A stretch of 64,000 nucleotides of DNA from Pseudomonadota bacterium (GTDB taxonomy: Bacteria > Pseudomonadota > Gammaproteobacteria > Enterobacterales > JBCCZV01). Under the pieces are notes generated by a model, which worked only from the letters and a program-made list of their open reading frames with translations, made no database searches and was not told the DNA's origin. The DNA lies in the NCBI GenBank assembly GCA_039187085.1, contig JBCCZV010000002.1, positions 14,476-78,475 on the forward strand, in the 5' to 3' direction. A program made the translations under genes and the position numbers. Shown piece by piece: positions 52,718 to 62,700 of the stretch. Position 1 is the first letter of the stretch, and the number at the start of each line of letters is the position of its first letter.

Positions 52718-53542
52718 ATGAACACGAAAATGTTCTCTAAATTTTTTGCTGTGTCTTTGCTAACCGCATTCATCCCACTGACTGTGTGCGCTGCCCAAGT
52801 TAACCAAGATAAGCTTCGGTCATATGCCAATGGCGAACACCGTAGTAGTAAAAACATTTCACGCAATACTTTTCGTAACCCAGTTGAAACACTGTCTTTC
52901 TTTGAAATATCAGAAAACATGACTGTGCTAGAAATTTCTCCCGGCGGTGGATGGTATACAGAAATCTTAGCTCCTTACCTTAAAGACAAGGGCAAATACA
53001 TTGGTGCCGGTTTCAACCCGAATTCCAAGGTTGATTACTACGCCAAAAATGCTAAAGCTTTCCAAGAAAAGCTCAATGCAACTCCCAAGCATTACAACAA
53101 AGTTGAAGTCACTATCATGGAACCACCAGCCATGATGGATATTGCCCCCAAAGGCAGCGTTGATCGTGTACTCACTTTCCGTAACACTCATGGCTGGCTG
53201 CGTCGCGGCCACGCTGAACAAGTTTTCCAAACCATGTTCGATGTCCTTAAGCCAGGGGGCAAATTAGGAATAGTTCAGCACCGAGCTGAGCCAGGAAAAA
53301 AGGCCGATCCTAACACGGGTTACGTTTCTGAAAAGCAAATCATTGAATTAGCTAAAAAGGCCGGTTTTAAATTGGAAGCGAAATCTGAAATCAACGCTAA
53401 CAGCAAAGACACTAAAGATTACGAAAAAGGCGTTTGGACATTACCTCCAAATTACCGCTTGAAAGAACAAGATAAAGCAAAATACACCGCCATCGGTGAG
53501 AGCGATCGCATGACATTACGCTTTGTTAAACCTAAAGGTTAA
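52718..53542 (+). CDS. Exported class I SAM-dependent methyltransferase-fold protein
   Basis: 274 aa with a clear signal peptide (MNTKMFSKFFAVSLLTAFIPLTVCA|AQ). SAM motif I-like VLEISPGGGWYT follows, then ...LKPGGKLGIV (post-II/III). Confidence 0.7.
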   Translation: MNTKMFSKFFAVSLLTAFIPLTVCAAQVNQDKLRSYANGEHRSSKNISRNTFRNPVETLSFFEISENMTVLEISPGGGWYTEILAPYLKDKGKYIGAGFNPNSKVDYYAKNAKAFQEKLNATPKHYNKVEVTIMEPPAMMDIAPKGSVDRVLTFRNTHGWLRRGHAEQVFQTMFDVLKPGGKLGIVQHRAEPGKKADPNTGYVSEKQIIELAKKAGFKLEAKSEINANSKDTKDYEKGVWTLPPNYRLKEQDKAKYTAIGESDRMTLRFVKPKG

Positions 53543-53566
53543 ACAATAGAAGCTGTTAATTGGTCA

Positions 53567-53594
53567 GTGAGATTGAAGCTTTCTTCAATCTCAC
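53567..53594. terminator. Perfect 12-bp-stem hairpin between convergent genes (possible bidirectional terminator)
   Basis: GTGAGATTGAAG-CTTT-CTTCAATCTCAC. It overlaps the stop codon of the PhyH-family gene and lies 25 nt after the methyltransferase stop. There is no clear U-tract on either strand. Confidence 0.4.
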
Positions 53595-54346
53595 ACCATT
53601 TCCACCTCTCCCCCTAAATCTGACCGAGAGCCTTCAATAGGTTGATCTTGTTCGCCTCGAAATGTCATCACTACAGCGAATTTAGGTTGTGTAGTGAAGT
53701 TTCTCATTGCTGCGTGGATTAAACGACAATGAAAAATCAATAAGTCTCCAGGATCAAGCTCAACGACTTTTGCTTGACGAAACATCGCCATATTTTCAGA
53801 GTGCTTTGCTTTGAAGAATGCCTTTTCATCAAAACGCGAAGCATCAAAATTAAGTTTGTGCGAGCCAGGAATCACTTGCAAACAACCATTTTCTGCGTGC
53901 TCGTGGCACAGAGCGAGCCAAGACGTAACCAATTCACCTTTACTATAAGACCAGTAACGCAGATCTTGATGCCACAAGCTATCGCTACTATGCTCGGGAA
54001 ACTTTGTCATGACGCAATTATGATGAGCTTTGACTAGCCAGCTTGGACTTCCCACAATTGACTGTACAACACTCTTCAATGTGGGGTGATTTATCCACTG
54101 ATTAAACAAAGGATCGCGACCAAAAGCTTGACGAATCCTACGAATTGTTCTGCCGCCTATGCCGCCTTTAGAATTTGGTGCTCCAGGATATTGCAAATCG
54201 GCTTCGTATTCGATAGGGGGTAGAGCCTCGGATAATAATTTTTCGGTTACTTGGTGAAATTTTTCAAGCCATTCTGTGTTAGCCACATTTTTTATAACGA
54301 GAAAACCGTTATAATTAAACGCTAGGCGCTGTTTTTCGGTGAGCAC
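53591..54346 (-). CDS. Phytanoyl-CoA dioxygenase (PhyH) family Fe(II)/2-oxoglutarate oxygenase
   Basis: It has ...LWHQDLRYW... (the HxD iron ligands) and a distal ...LIHAAMRN. The track start at 54400 lies inside a 37-bp palindrome. GTG at 54346, preceded by GAGG, is the more plausible start. Confidence 0.75.
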   Translation of the reverse strand: MLTEKQRLAFNYNGFLVIKNVANTEWLEKFHQVTEKLLSEALPPIEYEADLQYPGAPNSKGGIGGRTIRRIRQAFGRDPLFNQWINHPTLKSVVQSIVGSPSWLVKAHHNCVMTKFPEHSSDSLWHQDLRYWSYSKGELVTSWLALCHEHAENGCLQVIPGSHKLNFDASRFDEKAFFKAKHSENMAMFRQAKVVELDPGDLLIFHCRLIHAAMRNFTTQPKFAVVMTFRGEQDQPIEGSRSDLGGEVEMV

Positions 54347-54385
54347 TACTACCTCAATTAATATCTTTTTAAATCGAACAGCATT

Positions 54386-54422
54386 GGTGATGTAACACAA
54401 GCAGTGCTTGTGTTACATCACC
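54386..54422. repeat. 37-bp perfect inverted repeat (17-bp arms, 3-nt centre)
   Basis: GGTGATGTAACACAAGC-AGT-GCTTGTGTTACATCACC. It lies 39 nt downstream of the peroxiredoxin stop and upstream of the PhyH gene. It could be a terminator hairpin without a U-tract or an operator. Confidence 0.8.
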
Positions 54423-54460
54423 AACTATTATCTATCTATACATCATGTTAGCACAAGCCA

Positions 54461-55093
54461 TTACTTAGGCTGCTTGACGATGCGTAAATAAGGCTTTTTC
54501 TCATCCCAACCCTCTGGAAAAATCTTTGCTGCTTCATCGTTTGATAGTGCAGGTACAATAATAACATCATCACCATTCGTCCAATTCACAGGAGTTGCGA
54601 CTTTGTGTTGGTCTGTGAGCTGTAAACTATCAATAACACGAAGAATTTCATCAAAATTTCTTCCTGTACTTGCTGGATAAGTAATAATTAAGCGAATCTT
54701 TTTTTGTGGATCAAGAATAAAAACCGAGCGAACCGTAAGCGTATCATTCGCATTGGGATGAATCATGTCATATAAGTTGGATACTTTGCGATCACTGTCA
54801 GCCAATAAAGGAAAATTAAGTACTGCGCCTTGAGTTTCTTCAATATCTTTAGCCCACTCTGCATGATCACTGTTACCATCCACTGATAAACCAATCACCT
54901 TCACATTTCGACGCTCAAATTCTGATTTAAGCTTTGCTACCGTAGCTAATTCTGTTGTACAGACGGGCGTAAAATCTTTTGGATGGGAAAACAAAACTCC
55001 CCAACCGTCACCCAGATATTCATGAAAATTAATCGTACCTTCTGTTGAATCTTGGGAAAAATCCGGAGCTATATCACCTAAACGTAAAGTCAT
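54461..55093 (-). CDS. 1-Cys peroxiredoxin (Prx6-like)
   Basis: 210 aa. LGDIAPDF...WGVLFSHPKDFTPVCTTEL contains the peroxidatic Cys motif. The length and C-terminal extension are typical of 1-Cys Prx. Confidence 0.9.
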   Translation of the reverse strand: MTLRLGDIAPDFSQDSTEGTINFHEYLGDGWGVLFSHPKDFTPVCTTELATVAKLKSEFERRNVKVIGLSVDGNSDHAEWAKDIEETQGAVLNFPLLADSDRKVSNLYDMIHPNANDTLTVRSVFILDPQKKIRLIITYPASTGRNFDEILRVIDSLQLTDQHKVATPVNWTNGDDVIIVPALSNDEAAKIFPEGWDEKKPYLRIVKQPK

Positions 55094-55238
55094 AATCGTT
55101 ATTCCTCGTTATGCGCGTTGTAATAGGAATTGCAGTTGGCTACTGCCATCTGAGAATAGAGATTGTAAGCCATTTCTAGGTGTGTTTAAACGTCTTCCGC
55201 TTTATCACTTGAATTCAAATTTTTAAAGAAAACTCGGT

Positions 55239-56492
55239 CTATTGCTGAAAACTATAAGGTACCGTAAATTCAAATTCTTCTTGTTCCAATTGCTGTGGAA
55301 TAGCAGGTAGTGGTTCGGCTGCTAATACCATTTTCTTTATCGCCTTATCCAAAATTTTGCGTCCTGTACTTTCAACTAGCGCCGTTTGTAAAATGCGGCC
55401 TTCTGAATCAATTTTTATCGATACGAGCGCATTTCCCTGCAAGCCAAGCCGCCAAGCTCTAGAAGGGTATTTTTGGTGTTTACGTAATTCCCCAATTAAT
55501 TCGCGGGTATAGGAGCCACGTTCTAAATCCACGTCAACACGAGACACTCTAGATAAACTGAGTTTTTTCAGAGCAGAGGGCGAGGTAGCTTGTAAATTAG
55601 TCTGTTGTATTTGTGTTTCCTCAAAAACTTGTGGTGCCGTCAATTCAGCCAAATGCTCTGGTTTTAATGTTAAATCAGATTTAGGTTTTTGTTGTTTTGC
55701 TAGCTGTAAAGTCTTTGGTGATTGCTGAGTTAACTGCTGTGCATTTTTTTTGTTAGCTTCCGCTATCGGTGTTGGAGAAGGTCTTGGACGAGATTGAACA
55801 ACAGTAGAAGGTTTACTGACCTTCTTTGTGGTTTCAACTAGCTTTTTTTCTGGTTGCGGTAAGTTCTCTAAAGGTTTTTGTAACCGACCTTCAATCATCG
55901 TCAGAGATGCCAATTTTCGTTCAAGTTGAGAACGCGATTGTTTAGTATTTAAACCTAATAATCCTTCTTTCAGTGCATTACTAGGAGGCAAATCACCGAG
56001 CCAACTCATCATAAGTAACACAAAAAAATTATGACTTTCCTCTTCAAAAAAGAGTACATCATTCACCATGATACGAGTGCCTTGATTAGGTTGATAGTGA
56101 ATATCAATACGATCACCTTGAATGAGGGGTTCTCTAAACTGACCCGTGAATGCTAGAATTTGATCGCCGAATGCCTCCCATTGATTCCGCGTATTATTCA
56201 TCGCAATGCTTTCTTTAAACATTCGAGAAACACGGTGCGCTGGTATCTTTGAGGCTAAAACGTCAAGACGAATTTTCTTGGGTAATCTTGATGACACTAA
56301 ACTTTGAACATCCAAATCTGAAGGTTTGAATAAGGAACCGATATAAATTTCTTGTCCTAGAGCACGATGTAAACCCAAACCATGTAACTCAAGTTTACTC
56401 AAGGGCTCCGCTGTCAAAACCGATGTTGACGCGGAAACTAGACCGAATAAAAAGATCCACTTCGTCAGTTTATTGGTATTGAATATTCTCAT
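55239..56492 (-). CDS. Secreted protein: N-terminal chalcone-isomerase-like domain (tentative), Pro/Lys/Gln-rich linker, C-terminal TonB_C domain
   Basis: 417 aa with a cleavable-looking signal peptide (..SVLTA|EP). LELHGLGLHRALGQEIYIGSLF resembles the bacterial chalcone-isomerase-like pattern (G-x-G-x-R...VY..LY). The low-complexity linker includes RPRPSPTP. The C-terminus ...KYPSRAWRLGLQGNALVSIKIDSEGRIL...STGRKILDKAI is TonB C-terminal-like. Confidence 0.6.
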   Translation of the reverse strand: MRIFNTNKLTKWIFLFGLVSASTSVLTAEPLSKLELHGLGLHRALGQEIYIGSLFKPSDLDVQSLVSSRLPKKIRLDVLASKIPAHRVSRMFKESIAMNNTRNQWEAFGDQILAFTGQFREPLIQGDRIDIHYQPNQGTRIMVNDVLFFEEESHNFFVLLMMSWLGDLPPSNALKEGLLGLNTKQSRSQLERKLASLTMIEGRLQKPLENLPQPEKKLVETTKKVSKPSTVVQSRPRPSPTPIAEANKKNAQQLTQQSPKTLQLAKQQKPKSDLTLKPEHLAELTAPQVFEETQIQQTNLQATSPSALKKLSLSRVSRVDVDLERGSYTRELIGELRKHQKYPSRAWRLGLQGNALVSIKIDSEGRILQTALVESTGRKILDKAIKKMVLAAEPLPAIPQQLEQEEFEFTVPYSFQQ

Positions 56493-56747
56493 CGTAAAAC
56501 CCCGCCTGTTAAATGGCGCTTTAACACTCGCGCTGCAAAAATGCTACAAGCTTCTCAAAATATGCTAAAAATTCGAAATCATTCACTGAGTTCGAGACGA
56601 TTATGGCGTAATCCCCATCAAATTCTAGTGAACACTCTCACATTTTTAAAGATAGCACTTTCTGAATTCACAATGAAAATGTGTATTTCGTGGCGAAAAA
56701 TGATGAATTGGTTGCTATTTTTACTGCCAATTCAGTGCTTTATTGGT

Positions 56748-59354
56748 CTAAAATTGATAGCCAAGCTCCGCATAATATGCTCGACCAAAGGGGTTATGAA
56801 GTGATTGGTTATAGTAGGGCCATAATGAGCTGGGATCTGCTCCCAAGTCTACAGGTGGATCTTCATCGGCAACATTTTTTACACCAAAAGAGGCCTGTAA
56901 CCCATTGATAATTTCAATACCTAATTTATAGTCCACCACAACCCACGCATCAATTTCAGTCGGTTGCCCTGTGTTTTGTTCAATAATGTTTTCAATATCA
57001 AAGGCATCGTAACTACCAACATAATTTACAGTTAACGCCTGAGAGACGCGGCCTGTTTTTACGGTTAGCATCGAGTTGGCGCGCAAAGACGGAAATTGAT
57101 AGGAATCTTCAAAGTTCTCAAATCCAGCGCCAGGAAAGTTTTCGGTTTCTAGTGTATTGACAAACACAACACGGTTATTCCACAAAATTTCAGCCACATC
57201 AAGATTGAAAGAAAGCTTTAAACCCACATCCACGCCGTTAGTTTTTTGCCCCGCAATGTTGACAAACTTATCTTGAATACGCCTTACCGTTCCATCAGCA
57301 TTGAAAAGCACAACAATGTCATTGGCATTGATAATGCCATCAGAGCTCACATCCAAACGTGCGCCGTTGGTACAATTACCATTATCATTGACACCCAATA
57401 AACAAAAGAAACCATCGCTGTCAGCATTACTTAGAATCGTTGTTGTTCCCAATACCGAAACTAAGTTATCCGCCTCAATCGACCAAAAATCTAAAGAGAG
57501 TTCTAAATCAGGAATCGGGTTAAAAATAAACCCTAAACTATGAGACTCTGATTCTTCAGCCTCTAAATCAGGGTTACCTCCTAAAACAAATTCTATACCT
57601 GAATTACTCCCAATAATTTCTGCTGAATTAAGCTCGTGTAAGTTGGGTGCTTTAAAACCTGTGCCATAAGAATAGCGAATTAGTATTTCGTCTAAAGGTG
57701 TCCAGCGTATACCCATCTTCGGGTTCAAAGTGTCACCGAAATCATCATAATAATCGTATCGCATTGCGGCTGAAATCTCGATTTGATTGCCTACAGGTAA
57801 AGCAATTTCAGCGTAGGTGGCAAAAGCATCTCGCTCACCTTGTGCAGCACTCGCACCCAAACCTAGAACTTCACCATTGATAATGGTTGGGTCGGAAACA
57901 TCTTCAAACTCTTCCCGTCGAAACTCTACGCCAGTTGCTAGCCAGACCGGACCAGAATCTAAATCGAGAATGGGGCCCGAAGTAGAAAAGTCCAGAAGTG
58001 TCAGCTCAGATGTCCCATCATGTGCGTAGTTTCTTGTTATCGCACTAATCACATCAACAGATAAAGGCTGGGTAATATCAAGCTGTCCAGCATCGACTTG
58101 CGCGACCAATGCAGTTAAGCCTGAAACATCTAACCACCCGTCCGTGTACTCTTCATCAACATCAGAGTTAATATAATTGACACCAACTTCCCAATCAAAA
58201 TCGCCCCAGACTCCTGAACTACCGACTAAAAAATTAATTGTGTTTGTTTTAGTTTCTATCGTTGGATCGCCTAATTCAGGAAACAAACGAAAGTAATTCA
58301 CATTATCTGCATAAGGGTTACCCGGTGTATCAGGAGTTAGAAAAAAAACGCTGCTGGACGCCGTAAAAAAACCATTACTCGTCGTATCAATTTGCGTAAA
58401 CAGTAATCGCGAGAACAGTTCGAAGTCTTCAAAAAAATAACGAAAGGCACCACTGATTCCGAGCCGAGCAGTTTCAGGCATTAATTGTGCTTTTGGCGCC
58501 CAATCAAAACGACATAAAGTATTCGTATTTCCATTACCATCCACCGTAGAAAATACACTACTAGCAGGACAATTACCCTGTGCTTGAGTAATTCCAGTGG
58601 GTAACAAAAAAGTACCAGGATAACCAATCGTTGAACGTTCATCGCCATATTCTGCAGAATTTAATGTATCGGCATATTCTCGATCACCGGCTAAAATTTC
58701 CTGGCGGAACAAATACTCTAACGTGACATTTGCTTGAAACTGCTCTTCATCAATATTTGTTAAAAGACTGAAAATGCCTTCTTCACCCCCACCCTGTTCA
58801 GTCCCTCCACCCTTAATGTTTATTCGTGAGTTTCCTTCACCTTTATGAGTGATAACATTAAGCACGCCCGCAATCGCATCAGATCCATACAAGGCAGAGG
58901 CACCGTCTTTTAAAATTTCCAGACGCTCGATTGATGATAGAGGAATCGCATTAATATCTATAAAAGCAACGCTGCCGTTCTGTCCAAAAGGATACATCGC
59001 CATGCGTCGTCCATTTAACATCACCAAAGTTCTATCAGGCCGAAACCCCCTAAAATCTATAGCTGACGTTCCCGGCGCAAAACCCTGTGTAAGCTGTTCA
59101 TTAAAAGTACCACCGCTATTAAAAGCAATAAGCTGCAGAAACTCTGATAAACTGCTAACTCCACTATTTTCAATTTCTTCGCGCGTTATGCGTATAACGG
59201 GTGAGGTACCTTCTTGATCAATACGTTTAATGTGTGTACCGGTAACAATAATTCGTTCACTGCTTGATTCTTCGGCAGCATGATTATTATTCGTACAAAA
59301 AAATACCATGAGAGTTAGAATTAAAATGATTAATTTTTGAGAATTTTCGCTCAT
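56748..59354 (-). CDS. TonB-dependent outer-membrane receptor
   Basis: 868 aa with a signal peptide. The plug region is ERIIVTGTHIKR...ITREEIENSG...LEILKDGASALYGSDAIAGVLNV. A long barrel ends in YAELGYQF (terminal Phe). Confidence 0.9.
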   Translation of the reverse strand: MSENSQKLIILILTLMVFFCTNNNHAAEESSSERIIVTGTHIKRIDQEGTSPVIRITREEIENSGVSSLSEFLQLIAFNSGGTFNEQLTQGFAPGTSAIDFRGFRPDRTLVMLNGRRMAMYPFGQNGSVAFIDINAIPLSSIERLEILKDGASALYGSDAIAGVLNVITHKGEGNSRINIKGGGTEQGGGEEGIFSLLTNIDEEQFQANVTLEYLFRQEILAGDREYADTLNSAEYGDERSTIGYPGTFLLPTGITQAQGNCPASSVFSTVDGNGNTNTLCRFDWAPKAQLMPETARLGISGAFRYFFEDFELFSRLLFTQIDTTSNGFFTASSSVFFLTPDTPGNPYADNVNYFRLFPELGDPTIETKTNTINFLVGSSGVWGDFDWEVGVNYINSDVDEEYTDGWLDVSGLTALVAQVDAGQLDITQPLSVDVISAITRNYAHDGTSELTLLDFSTSGPILDLDSGPVWLATGVEFRREEFEDVSDPTIINGEVLGLGASAAQGERDAFATYAEIALPVGNQIEISAAMRYDYYDDFGDTLNPKMGIRWTPLDEILIRYSYGTGFKAPNLHELNSAEIIGSNSGIEFVLGGNPDLEAEESESHSLGFIFNPIPDLELSLDFWSIEADNLVSVLGTTTILSNADSDGFFCLLGVNDNGNCTNGARLDVSSDGIINANDIVVLFNADGTVRRIQDKFVNIAGQKTNGVDVGLKLSFNLDVAEILWNNRVVFVNTLETENFPGAGFENFEDSYQFPSLRANSMLTVKTGRVSQALTVNYVGSYDAFDIENIIEQNTGQPTEIDAWVVVDYKLGIEIINGLQASFGVKNVADEDPPVDLGADPSSLWPYYNQSLHNPFGRAYYAELGYQF

Positions 59355-59793
59355 TTACTCGCCCCAGTATTTGTGTGAGTCAATAATCATTAGCGCATGG
59401 ATAAAGTGTAGATATTAATCAGCTTTTACGACAATAAAGCGCGAAAATTCCTTATATTTTTCGCAGAAATGACTCCTCACCTAAAGTGGATCTGAATACA
59501 ATAAAGACTCGTAAAAACAAATGCTATTAGGTGCTTGTCTAGAGACAAAGATTTTTTACTTTTCTAAAAAAATTTTTAATTATCAATGAATTATAAAAAC
59601 ATTACATTTTTGTATTATTTATTTATAACGTGAAAGCGTTTACATTTGTTAAAAGATCAGGATATGATGGTGAGTTGCTGCCCCGCACAAGCTATTAGCG
59701 AACATTTACATCAAAAAACATAATAGTTTCAGTGATTTAGCGAAATTCAGACCGTGCGTTTTGCAGCTTTCATACACTGTCAAAGGGGGGGAT

Positions 59794-62700
59794 ATGGGGC
59801 TTTACCATGAAAACCAGAGTCGTGATAACTGTGGCTTTGGCCTAATCGCACAAATGGATGGTATTCCAAGTCACACATTGATTCAACGAGCTATCGAAGC
59901 GCTCAACCGCATGACACATCGAGGAGCCATCGCTGCAGACGGCAAGTCAGGCGATGGTTGCGGCATTTTGATGCAACTACCCGAAAGCTATTTCCGTCAA
60001 GTGGCAGAAGAATCTAATTTTCATCTTGGTGAAAAGTTTGCGGTCGGACAGATTTTTCTCAACCAAGATGAAAGATTGGCTAATCGTAGTCGTGAAATTC
60101 TTTTTGAAGAACTTCAAAAAGAAACACTCACGATTGTTGGCTGGCGTTCAGTCGATACCAACCCTACGGTTTGCGGGAAAGTCGCTTTACAATCTCTTCC
60201 AAAAATTGAACAAGTTTTTGTTAAAGCGCCTCCAGGTTGGCCAAAGCATGATTTAGAAAGGCGCTTATTTATAGCTAGACGTCGCACATCCATGCGGTGT
60301 CAAGATGATCCTATGTTTTATGTGTGTAGCCTTTCCTGTTTGGTTATTGCTTATAAAGGCCTAGTGATGCCTGAGGCTTTACCCAAATTTTATCGGGAGC
60401 TATCAGACCCACGTTTAGAAAGCGCGATTTGCGTATTCCATCAACGGTTTTCAACCAACACGTTACCTAATTGGAAATACGCACAACCTTTTCGTTTTCT
60501 TGCCCACAACGGCGAGATTAATACCATTGCTGGAAATCGAGCTTGGGCAATCGCTAGACAAAAAAAGTTTGTGACGCCCCTTCTGCCCGATCTTCAAACC
60601 ATCAAACCCATGGTGAACCAATCCGGTTCCGACTCTTCTTCACTGGATAATATGTTAGAGGTCTTCTTAGCTGGGGGTTTAGATATTTTCAGGGCAATGC
60701 GTTTATTAGTACCTCCAGCTTGGCAAAACCAACCGGCTATGGATCCAGATTTACGTGCATTTTATGAGTTTAATTCTATGCACATGGAGCCTTGGGATGG
60801 TCCAGCAGGTATTGTGATGACTGATGGGCGGCTCGCTGCTTGTAATCTCGACAGAAATGGGTTGCGCCCGGCGCGCTATGTCATCACTCAAGATAATATG
60901 ATTACCTTGGCATCGGAGATAGGTGTCTGGGACTACAAACCTGAAGAAGTCGTGGAAAAAGGACGTGTGGGGCCAGGGGAAATGCTTGCGGTCGATACAC
61001 AAACGGGCAAGCTTTGGCGCTCCGACGAAATCGATAATACACTAAAATCGCGCCACCCTTATCGTGCTTGGCTCGACGAAAACACAATACGCGTGCAAAA
61101 CAACCCTAAACATGAAGCGATAGGTGCACAAAGATATATTGATCAAGATATTGATCGTTTACCTGAAGAGATGAAGCGCTTTAATATTTCGCGTGAAGAA
61201 CGCGAGTCTGTAATTAAGCCAATGGCACAAGACAGTGTCGAAGCGACTGGGTCTATGGGGGATGATACGCCAATAGCTGTATTGTCAAAAAAAGCCCGCA
61301 ATATTTATGATTATTTCCGTCAAAATTTTGCGCAAGTCACGAACCCCCCAATAGATCCATTACGCGAAAAACTCGTTATGTCTTTGGAAACCTGTATCGG
61401 TCGCGAGCATAACGTTTTTCAAGAAACCACTGGGCATGCTCATCGCGTTATTATTGAATCACCCGTACTCAATTACGCAAAAATGCAAAAACTGCTCTCT
61501 TTACAACAAGAGCACTATCAACACAAACGCATCAACCTCAATTTTAACCGTGGCGGTTGCTTAAAAACAGCTTTACAAAAAGTGGGCGATATGGCCGTTA
61601 AGCTTGCGCAAGAAGGCGCGGTTATTTTAATTTTAAGCGATCGCGACACAGAAGCAGACCAAGTTCCGATGCCAGCGGCTTTTGCGACCAGTGCTGTGCA
61701 TCAACGTTTGGTGGCCGAAGGTTTACGTTGCGATGTTAATATTATTGTAGAAACGGGTAGCGCACGTGACGCACACCATTTTGCTGTACTTGTGGGCTTG
61801 GGTGCCACTGCTATTTATCCTTATTTAGCTTATCGCGTTATCAATGATTTACAACTACGAGGTGAAATCCTTCTTGATCGCATAAAAGCTCGAGAAAACT
61901 ATCGCGCCGCTATTCATAAGGGACTGTTGAAAATTCTCTCAAAAATGGGAATTAGCACCATTGCAAGTTATCGTGGTGCCGCGCTCTTCGATATCATTGG
62001 TTTTCATCAAGAAATTCATGATCTCTGTTTCCCTAATACGACATCACGAATTCAAGGTGCGACCTTCGAAGATATTAATCGCGATTTGCATGTGTTAGCT
62101 AAAAACGCTCGAATTCCTCGTAAACCCATCACCATGGGTGGCGACTTAAAATATGTACATGGCGGTGAATACCACGCTTACAATCCAGATGTTGTCACCC
62201 TTTTGCAAAAAGCAGTAAAGTCCGGCAATTATAGTGATTATCTAGGCTTCTCCAATGTCGTCAATCAACGTGGTGTTGCTGCTATACGCGACCTCTTTAA
62301 GGTTACACCCTCTGGAGAAACTGTCTCCATTGAGGATGTCGAGCCTGAAAATGCTATTTTGCAACGGTTTGACTCAGCAGGTATGTCTATCGGTGCTTTA
62401 TCAACAGAAGCGCATGAAGCCCTGGCTGTTGCCATGAACCGTCTATCTGGTCGTTCTAATTCTGGAGAAGGGGGTGAGGATCCTTCGCGTTTTAACAGCG
62501 AAAGAAACTCTAAAATTAAACAAATTGCCTCCGGACGATTTGGTGTCACAGCACACTACTTAGTCAATGCTGAAGTGATTCAAATCAAAGTCGCACAAGG
62601 TGCGAAACCGGGCGAAGGCGGCCAATTACCTGGCCACAAGGTAACAGCGGAAATCGCCACCTTGCGTTATGCCACACCTGGAGTTACCCTCATATCTCCG

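Noticed and set aside
59381-59394. Fur-box-like CAATAATCATTAGC upstream of the TonB-dependent receptor
   Set aside because: Only about one half of the 19-bp Fur consensus is matched, and the upstream half (GTGTGAGT) does not fit. The site sits 27-40 nt from the ATG, between any promoter and the RBS. That is too weak to call iron regulation.
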